Origin: Candidatus Baldrarchaeum yapensis
Lineage (GTDB): Archaea > Asgardarchaeota > Baldrarchaeia > Baldrarchaeales > Baldrarchaeaceae
Assembly (NCBI GenBank): GCA_016840465.1
Contig: JAEOSH010000003.1
Span: 30,001-62,000 of the forward strand
Length of the DNA: 32,000 bases
Direction: 5' to 3'
The notes beneath the pieces are model-generated. The model was not told the DNA's origin. It did no database searches and saw only the letters and a program-made list of their open reading frames with translations. Of the stretch, positions 25,928 to 32,000 are shown piece by piece. Made by a program: the position numbers and the translations under genes. How positions within the stretch are numbered: the first letter of the stretch is position 1; each line of letters starts with the position of its first letter.

Positions 25928-27106
25928 ATGAGTAAAAGCCACATTATGGACATCGTTAAAAGACATGAGGACTGGCGGTCCCAGTGCATAAATTTAATTC
26001 CCAGCGAGAACATCATGAGCCCCCTTGCGAGGAAAGCCATTGCCTCCGACCTTGGCCATAGGTACACAAATCCCGAAGGCTTTTATCGCGGAACGAAATT
26101 TTCCGATGAATTGATAGAAGAAGTCGAAAAACTGGCATGCAGGTTATTTGGAGCGAAAGTCGCATTTGTTAACGTTCTGAGTGGTCACATGGCCGTGTTA
26201 TCCGCATTGTTCGCATTATCAGAAACAAGAGATGTAATAATGATGCCATCTCCCGAAGACGGAGGTTATCCCCTGAATGTAGCCCCGCTTGCTCGTAAGC
26301 TTGTCTACTTTCCATTCGACAAGGAAAACATGAATATAGATGTTGACGCCGCGGTGGAAAGAATTTCCGAGACGAAGCCGAAGTTGATCTTCCTTGGTGC
26401 AAGTCTCTTCCTCTTTCCACATCCCGTCAGAGAGATCTGCAAAGTTGCAAACGAGGTAGAAGCAACAGTGGTATATGACGGATCTCACGTTCTTGGGTTA
26501 ATAGCAGGTGGGGAGTTTCAAAAGCCGTTTACTGAGGGTGCTTCCGTGCTTCTTGGAAGCACCCATAAGTCCTTACCGGGCCCCCAAGGCGGAATCGTGT
26601 TGTTAAAAGATGATGAACTAGCTGAACGGTTCAAAGAGGTCCTAGGATTCCCTCCAGTTCTCGTCGACAACATACATCTACATAGGCTTGCAGCGCTAGG
26701 CATAACATTGGAAGAAATGCTCGTCTACGGAAAAGAATATGCAAAGCAGATCGTTAAGAACGCAAAAGCGCTTGCTGAAACCCTATATAAAGGTGGGATT
26801 GATGTTGCATGTCCTCATCTGGGCTTTACGAGATCTCATCAAATCCTCATAAGGGCAGGAGGTAGGGAGCGAGAAATTGCCAATTTACTAGAGCGTGCAA
26901 ACATAATCGTCGATGAAGAAATCAGGTTAGGAACGCAAGAGGTCACAAGAAGGGGGATGAAAGAGCGAGAAATGAAAATATTAGGAGAAGTAATTTCGGA
27001 GTTGATAAATGGAGAAAGAAAGCCTGAAGACGTCAGGGATTACGTAATAGAACTTTCAAAGGAGTTTCAAGACGTGCACTATTGCTTCAAAGGTGATTTT
27101 CCTTGA
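25928..27106 (+). CDS. glyA: Serine hydroxymethyltransferase
   Basis: INLIPSEN, SDLGHRY, YDGSHV.GLIAG, STHKSLPGPQGG (PLP Lys), RLGTQEVTRRGM. Confidence 0.95.
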   Translation: MSKSHIMDIVKRHEDWRSQCINLIPSENIMSPLARKAIASDLGHRYTNPEGFYRGTKFSDELIEEVEKLACRLFGAKVAFVNVLSGHMAVLSALFALSETRDVIMMPSPEDGGYPLNVAPLARKLVYFPFDKENMNIDVDAAVERISETKPKLIFLGASLFLFPHPVREICKVANEVEATVVYDGSHVLGLIAGGEFQKPFTEGASVLLGSTHKSLPGPQGGIVLLKDDELAERFKEVLGFPPVLVDNIHLHRLAALGITLEEMLVYGKEYAKQIVKNAKALAETLYKGGIDVACPHLGFTRSHQILIRAGGREREIANLLERANIIVDEEIRLGTQEVTRRGMKEREMKILGEVISELINGERKPEDVRDYVIELSKEFQDVHYCFKGDFP

Positions 27107-27912
27107 ATACAGAAACTATCAGGGTTGCAGCAATTCAGATGAACATAGAACCGGGAAATAAGCACAAAAATTTAACAGAGGCGTTAAAAAGAATAGAGGA
27201 AGCAAAAGCCCTTGAAGTGGATATTGCATGTCTTCCCGAACTATTCCTCACCGGATATTCCCTTGATAACATTCAGGAACTAGCGGAGGAAATTCCAGGA
27301 CCCTCCATTCAACAATTATGCGAGATTGCGCGCAAACTCGATATTAATATCGTTGCTGGAAGTATCCCTGAGAAGGCAGGTAATAAACTCTTCAACACAT
27401 CGGTCATCATAGATGGTGGCGGCAAAATTAAAGGTGTTTACCGGAAAGTCCACTTATTTGAACCCTTTGACGAACCGAAATATTTCTCAGCGGGGAGTTC
27501 AATTGATGTGTTTGATCTTTCCACGGTGCGTATTGGAGTGGAAATATGCTATGATATCAGATTTCCCGAAATCAGCCGAATTTTATGCCTAAAAGGTGCT
27601 CAAATAATCTTTGTACCCGCAGAATTTCCGCATCCACGCGTCGAACACTGGGAACTGCTCGTGAGGACACGAGCATTAGAAAATCAGTTGTACGTAGTAG
27701 CAGTAAATAGAGTGGGGTCGGATGATAGAGCAAGCTATTTTGGTTTAAGCATGATAGTGAACCCATGGGGTCGTGTATTAGCCCGTGCTGGTAGCGATGA
27801 GGAAATAGTAACTGCAGATATCAGGCTATCGCAAATAGAAGAAGTCAGATCGAGCATTCCATGTCTGAGGGATAGAAGACCGGACGTTTATAAACTTTCT
27901 CTGTATAAATGA
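27103..27912 (+). CDS. Carbon-nitrogen hydrolase (nitrilase/omega-amidase family)
   Basis: Glu-Lys-Cys triad: LPEL, YRKVHLF, ICYDIRFPE; RALEN. Confidence 0.93.
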   Translation: MNTETIRVAAIQMNIEPGNKHKNLTEALKRIEEAKALEVDIACLPELFLTGYSLDNIQELAEEIPGPSIQQLCEIARKLDINIVAGSIPEKAGNKLFNTSVIIDGGGKIKGVYRKVHLFEPFDEPKYFSAGSSIDVFDLSTVRIGVEICYDIRFPEISRILCLKGAQIIFVPAEFPHPRVEHWELLVRTRALENQLYVVAVNRVGSDDRASYFGLSMIVNPWGRVLARAGSDEEIVTADIRLSQIEEVRSSIPCLRDRRPDVYKLSLYK

Positions 27913-27925
27913 AAATCACCTGAGG

Positions 27926-28504
27926 GTGATGCTCATGAAGAGAGAAGTGGACTTGAGTCTGGCGTATCGACTAATAGCCCCCCGTCCTGTCGTGATAATA
28001 ACAACCGTGGACAGCAATGGGAGAATAAACGCAGCACCTTTCAGTTTAGTATGTCCGGTTTCATTTGATCCTCCTCGTGTGATGTTTTGCACGGATCCCG
28101 AGCATGATACTTATCTGAACGTCAAGGAGACAAAAGAATTCGTAATAAACGTACCACCCGCGGATATTCTTGATAAGGTATGGGAGACAGCAAGGGATTA
28201 TCCACGCGGTGTTAATGAACTAGAAAAAGCGGGACTTAAATGGGAGCCCTCCCTTAAAGTCAAACCACCAAGGGTTGTTGAGTGTGTTGCTCATCTAGAG
28301 TGTGTATATGCATGGGAACGTGAGGTAGGCGACCACGTAATGATAGTGGGTGATGTTGTGGCTGCTTTTGTAAATGAGGACTGCATCGATAGGAGTAATG
28401 TCCTTGATGTCAGAACGGCTAAACCCCTTTTACATGTCGGAAGAAACGTTTTCGTTATCGGGGATAAGAGGATATCTGCAAAAATAACAAGATCGCGCGG
28501 CTAA
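27926..28504 (+). CDS. Flavin reductase family protein (DIM6/NTAB)
   Basis: PRPVVIITT, NAAPFS, DTY.N...KEFVIN, PPRV.EC.AHLEC, GDH. Confidence 0.9.
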   Translation: MMLMKREVDLSLAYRLIAPRPVVIITTVDSNGRINAAPFSLVCPVSFDPPRVMFCTDPEHDTYLNVKETKEFVINVPPADILDKVWETARDYPRGVNELEKAGLKWEPSLKVKPPRVVECVAHLECVYAWEREVGDHVMIVGDVVAAFVNEDCIDRSNVLDVRTAKPLLHVGRNVFVIGDKRISAKITRSRG

Positions 28505-29160
28505 CTTTTTCCACTCTCACAAATCGAGGATATTGGACACAAGTCGCATAATGGAGACCTCTTGCATATCTTGCGACCATGAGTGACCATGAGGGCATGA
28601 AACTCCTTATATACGTCAATGTTTCGCGGCAGCGATTCCATAAGAAACTCTCTCCACCGATCATATCCTCCTTTATTTTTAATACCGATCCTTGTCAGAA
28701 CCCTGACCGTATACTCACTCACGGGTAAGGAGAGTTTGTTTGCGGCATATAAGATGATGGAATCTGCAGTTTCGGGCCCTATTCCGTTTACTGATAGGAG
28801 AAATGATCTCAGTTCTGTAACCGGACAGGAAAATGCCTTTTCTAAGGAGCCGTATTTCGACAAAATGCCTCTGCACAAATTAATAATTCTCTGGGCCTTC
28901 TGTCTATAATAATTAACTCCTTTGAGATATTTTTCTAGAATTAAGGGTTGCATGTTTGCAAGAATCCTCAGATCAAGCAAGCCATTATTCTTCAATCTAA
29001 CAATAACCCGTGCGGATGCCTCCCAGCGGGTACGCTGAACCAAGATGGCCCCCACCACTATTTCTAGGGAACTCTCTCCAGGCCACCATCCCTGCCTCCC
29101 ATAATGCGTGAGTAAGGCTTTAAATACCGTTAAAATCTTACTCTTCTCGTTCTCGTCCAT
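28501..29160 (-). CDS. Endonuclease III-related HhH-GPD protein with [4Fe-4S] motif
   Basis: GWWPGES..EIVVGAILVQRT.W, GIGPETADSI.LYA, C-terminal CKRSPLCDLCPISSIC. Confidence 0.9.
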   Translation of the reverse strand: MDENEKSKILTVFKALLTHYGRQGWWPGESSLEIVVGAILVQRTRWEASARVIVRLKNNGLLDLRILANMQPLILEKYLKGVNYYRQKAQRIINLCRGILSKYGSLEKAFSCPVTELRSFLLSVNGIGPETADSIILYAANKLSLPVSEYTVRVLTRIGIKNKGGYDRWREFLMESLPRNIDVYKEFHALMVTHGRKICKRSPLCDLCPISSICESGKS

Positions 29161-29267
29161 ATGTCACCACTTTTATATCGCTAATCTCCCTGATACCGAT
29201 TCCATGCCTACTTTAAAAGGTTACATTTATTTTAGTGAGAGAAGTTGAGAACGTAGAGGTGCCATTC

Positions 29268-29411
29268 ATGCCTTACATGTGTACGAAATGCGGGCACATA
29301 GTGAAGATCGAGGAGACAGAGCGGTTGCTGGGAGTCAGATGTCCCAAATGCAACTGCAGAATACTGATAAAGGTTAGACCGCCGATAATAAAGAAAGTGG
29401 ATGCCGTCTGA
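29268..29411 (+). CDS. rpo12: RNA polymerase subunit Rpo12 (RpoP), Zn ribbon
   Basis: Manual translation MPYMCTKCGHIVKIEETERLLGVRCPKCNCRILIKVRPPIIKKVDAV; GAGGTG SD. Below the track length cutoff. Confidence 0.92.
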   Translation: MPYMCTKCGHIVKIEETERLLGVRCPKCNCRILIKVRPPIIKKVDAV

Positions 29412-29461
29412 ACCCCCGGAATAATCATCGTTATCCTCAATCTGCAAAGAGGTGCACCGAT

Positions 29462-31216
29462 TTGGACTTATATGAGAAAGTTATGGAGATGGCAAGGAGA
29501 AGGGGTTTCCTGTGGCCAAGCTTCGAAATATACGGTGGGGTTAGCGGTTTTATAACATATGGCCCCCTCGGCGCGGTCCTTAAGAGAAAGATTGAAGATA
29601 AATGGAGGGAATGGTTCGTACATAAGCAGGATTTTGTGGAAATAGAAACCCCCATAATAATGCCGGAAATAGTCTTTAAGGCGAGTGGGCACCTCGAGCA
29701 TTTCACTGATGCAATCACCGAGTGCCTAAAATGCAGGAGGAAGTTCAGGGCGGATCATTTAATAGAGGACGCCATAGGCGAGACCGTCGAGGGTCTGAGT
29801 ACAGAAGAATTAACAAAAATAATCATGGAGAAAAACATAAAGTGCCCCGAATGCGGGGGAGATCTAGATCAAGTCAAGGAATTCAATCTCATGTTCCAGA
29901 CAACCATAGGACCCTACAGCGATAACATTGGCTTTGCGAGACCGGAAGCCGCGCAGGGAATGTTCGTAGAGTTCAAAAGGGTGTATATAGCGGAAAGGGA
30001 AAGACTTCCACTTGGAATCGCGCAGATAGGGAAGGTCCTAAGAAATGAAATCAGTCCGCGAAAAGGTCCAATCAGGCTGAGAGAATTCACAATAATGGAG
30101 GTAGAAGTGTTCATAGATCCCGAGAACATAAACTCGTGTCCCTATTTTGACGAAGTAAAGGATGAAGAGCTAAGATTACTGACCGCTGATATGCGTATGA
30201 AGAACGAGAAGGAGCCCATCGAGGTCACAGCAGAAGAGGCCGTAAAGAAAGGCCTCATACTTACCGAATGGCAGGCGTACTTTATGGTTATTTCCAAGTT
30301 CTTCTTGCTGGATCTAGGAATTCCTTGGGAGAAGCAGAGATTCAAAGAACAGTTGCCGTGGGAGAAGGCCCACTATTCGAAGCAGACATACGACCATGAG
30401 GTACTTTTACAAAGATTTGGGTGGGTTGAAGTCGCGGGGCATGCCTACAGAACAGATTATGATCTCTCCAGACACATACAACATAGCAAAGAAGACCTCT
30501 ACGCTTTTAAAGAATTTCCTGAGCCTAAAATCGTAGAAAAGACTGTAGTGAAACCACTTAAGCATGTTATCGGGAAGGAGTTCAGAAAAGATGCTGCAAA
30601 GGTCATCGAGGCTATTTCTAAAACTCCCCCTGAGGAGATAATCAAGGCGTTTGAAACAAAGGGCTACTTTGAAGTTGACGGCATAAAAGTAGAGCCGCGG
30701 CATGTGAGTATAGAAAAAGTCAAAGAGAAGATAAGTGGGAAGAAGTTCATCCCACATGTGGTGGAGCCAAGTTTCGGTGCAGATAGACTGGTATACGCAA
30801 CATTAGAACACGCGTACACAGAGAAGGATGGAAGGGTGGTTCTGAGATTACCTATTGATTTGGCACCAATACAGGTTGCTGTATTCCCACTGGTATCAAA
30901 GGATGGACTTCCCGAGGTTGCGAAGAGGGTCTACCGTATGTTAAAGGACGAGGGCTTCACGGCAATTTATGACGAGACGGGGTCCATCGGCAGAAGATAT
31001 GCCCGTGTTGACGAAATAGGTGTGCCTATCGCAGTAACCGTTGATTATATGACCCTAGAGGATAATACAGTGACATTAAGAAATAGAGATACTTGGAGCC
31101 AGGTTAGAACCCGTATTAATGACCTTCCCGAACTCCTGCATAAGTACTTCCGCAAGAAGATAAAATTCGAAAATCTGGGGATCCCGTACACACCGACCGA
31201 AGAAGGGGGTGGTTAG
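29462..31216 (+). CDS. glyS: Glycyl-tRNA synthetase (archaeal/eukaryotic alpha2 type)
   Basis: SFEIYGGV.GF..YGP.G, ASGH...FTD, ARPEAAQG, RNEISPR.G.IRLREF, HVVEPSFG.DR, IGRRYAR.DEIG. Confidence 0.97.
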   Translation: MDLYEKVMEMARRRGFLWPSFEIYGGVSGFITYGPLGAVLKRKIEDKWREWFVHKQDFVEIETPIIMPEIVFKASGHLEHFTDAITECLKCRRKFRADHLIEDAIGETVEGLSTEELTKIIMEKNIKCPECGGDLDQVKEFNLMFQTTIGPYSDNIGFARPEAAQGMFVEFKRVYIAERERLPLGIAQIGKVLRNEISPRKGPIRLREFTIMEVEVFIDPENINSCPYFDEVKDEELRLLTADMRMKNEKEPIEVTAEEAVKKGLILTEWQAYFMVISKFFLLDLGIPWEKQRFKEQLPWEKAHYSKQTYDHEVLLQRFGWVEVAGHAYRTDYDLSRHIQHSKEDLYAFKEFPEPKIVEKTVVKPLKHVIGKEFRKDAAKVIEAISKTPPEEIIKAFETKGYFEVDGIKVEPRHVSIEKVKEKISGKKFIPHVVEPSFGADRLVYATLEHAYTEKDGRVVLRLPIDLAPIQVAVFPLVSKDGLPEVAKRVYRMLKDEGFTAIYDETGSIGRRYARVDEIGVPIAVTVDYMTLEDNTVTLRNRDTWSQVRTRINDLPELLHKYFRKKIKFENLGIPYTPTEEGGG

Positions 31217-31492
31217 ATGGGAGTTCCGCAGAGGAGATTGAGATTACGATATAAGGATGTCAAGGAAGGCGAGGCGTATATGAACCCTGAAATGATGAAG
31301 ATGCTTGGTCTCGAAGATGGCGATGAGATAGAAGTCGTGGTTGCAAAGAGAAAGTGGTTTACCTTCAAGGCACATCCGAGAGAAGAGGTTCCTAGAAACG
31401 AGGTCTGGACAAATCCCGACATTCTAAGGTCAAACGGAATTGCAGACAATTCGATAGCAACCGTTAGGAAATACGTACCAGAATCGGATTAG
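31217..31492 (+). CDS. Stand-alone double-psi beta-barrel protein (CDC48 N-domain-like)
   Basis: AYMNPE.M..LGLEDGDEIEV and EVWTNPD.LRSNGIADNSIATV repeat pattern; starts immediately after the glyS stop. Confidence 0.7.
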   Translation: MGVPQRRLRLRYKDVKEGEAYMNPEMMKMLGLEDGDEIEVVVAKRKWFTFKAHPREEVPRNEVWTNPDILRSNGIADNSIATVRKYVPESD

Positions 31493-32000
31493 ATTTCAAA
31501 AACCTCCCCCATCTTCGGCGCTTGCGCGTTTATATTTCTTTGCCTCAGTCTTTCGCTTAAATCCTCAACCTTATGTTCTTCCCCATGTATGCAGAAAACA
31601 TACTCCAGATCTTCAAACATTGTGACAAACCTGAAGAGATTAGGCTGATCTGCGTGAGCACTGAATTCGAAAAGCTTAACATCCGCGTTCACGTCAATAG
31701 AGGTGCCATCCGGAAGAGTTACGCGTTTGTTCCTGTTCAGTAATTGCCAGCCTATGGTTCCGGGAACTTGATAACCTGTAAGGCAAATCAGGTTGTTGGG
31801 ATCTTCACCAAATTCCTTCAAGTAGAAAAGTGCAGGCCCTCCCTCAAGCATTCCAGAAGTTGTAACTATAACGAGGGGTTCCTCACTCCGGACGATGTCT
31901 TCCCTTCGGCCAACATACCTAAAAATCTCGGATCTGAAAGGATCATACCCCGTATACCTTATTGAATTCCTTATTTCCCTGCTGAGGTAAATCCAATACC
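31489..32000 (-). CDS. beta-CASP metallo-beta-lactamase ribonuclease (aCPSF-type), C-terminal part only
   Basis: Frame is open to the window edge (YWIYLSREIRNS...), then TTSGMLEGGP, TGYQVPGT.G..L, FSAHAD, HGE. The track start at 31851 is an internal Met. Confidence 0.9.
   Translation of the reverse strand, partial: YWIYLSREIRNSIRYTGYDPFRSEIFRYVGRREDIVRSEEPLVIVTTSGMLEGGPALFYLKEFGEDPNNLICLTGYQVPGTIGWQLLNRNKRVTLPDGTSIDVNADVKLFEFSAHADQPNLFRFVTMFEDLEYVFCIHGEEHKVEDLSERLRQRNINAQAPKMGEVFEI

Noticed and set aside
27103-27912. CN hydrolase as a split glutaminase partner for NadE
   Set aside because: It is 22 kb from nadE, operonic with glyA, and has generic omega-amidase-type motifs; nothing links the two.
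329-31965. Many track ORFs antisense to or nested in real genes (e.g. 329-706, 3956-4306, 5680-6114, 10570-11031, 14525-15067, 17384-17824, 21852-22424, 23525-23953, 30407-30757)
   Set aside because: Shadow frames of well-supported genes, Ser/Leu/Phe-rich and without motifs.
1-32000. tRNA, rRNA, CRISPR arrays, transposases, integrases
   Set aside because: By eye I found no T-loop/cloverleaf, regularly spaced repeats or recombinase motifs; tRNAscan-SE and Infernal would be needed to exclude small RNAs.

Overview
Archaeal chromosomal housekeeping region. The evidence is an HMf-type histone, proteasome beta subunit, Rpo12, class I CCA enzyme, archaeal-type LeuRS/GlyRS, DtdA, Taw1/TYW1, AMP phosphorylase and GGTGA/GGAGG Shine-Dalgarno motifs. 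A TACK- or Asgard-type lineage is plausible but is inference only. About 34 genes can be supported, including three the ORF track misses or truncates: a 5'-partial coiled-coil ORF, rpo12, and a 3'-edge beta-CASP nuclease that runs off the window. I saw no tRNA, rRNA, CRISPR array or mobile element. The best leads are: (1) a TYW1 radical-SAM enzyme with a winged-helix domain inserted in its core, next to a divergent wHTH gene with a similar first helix; (2) a HypB with an extra His-rich N-terminal helical domain; (3) an orphan BrxD-like AAA+ ATPase with a nuclease-like C-terminus, near a histone gene and an 845-bp AT-rich gene-free tract; (4) a PTPS-III-signature COG0720 protein; (5) a leuS leader with an SD-led uORF and a hairpin enclosing the start site. 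All family calls come from motif recognition; no database searches were run.
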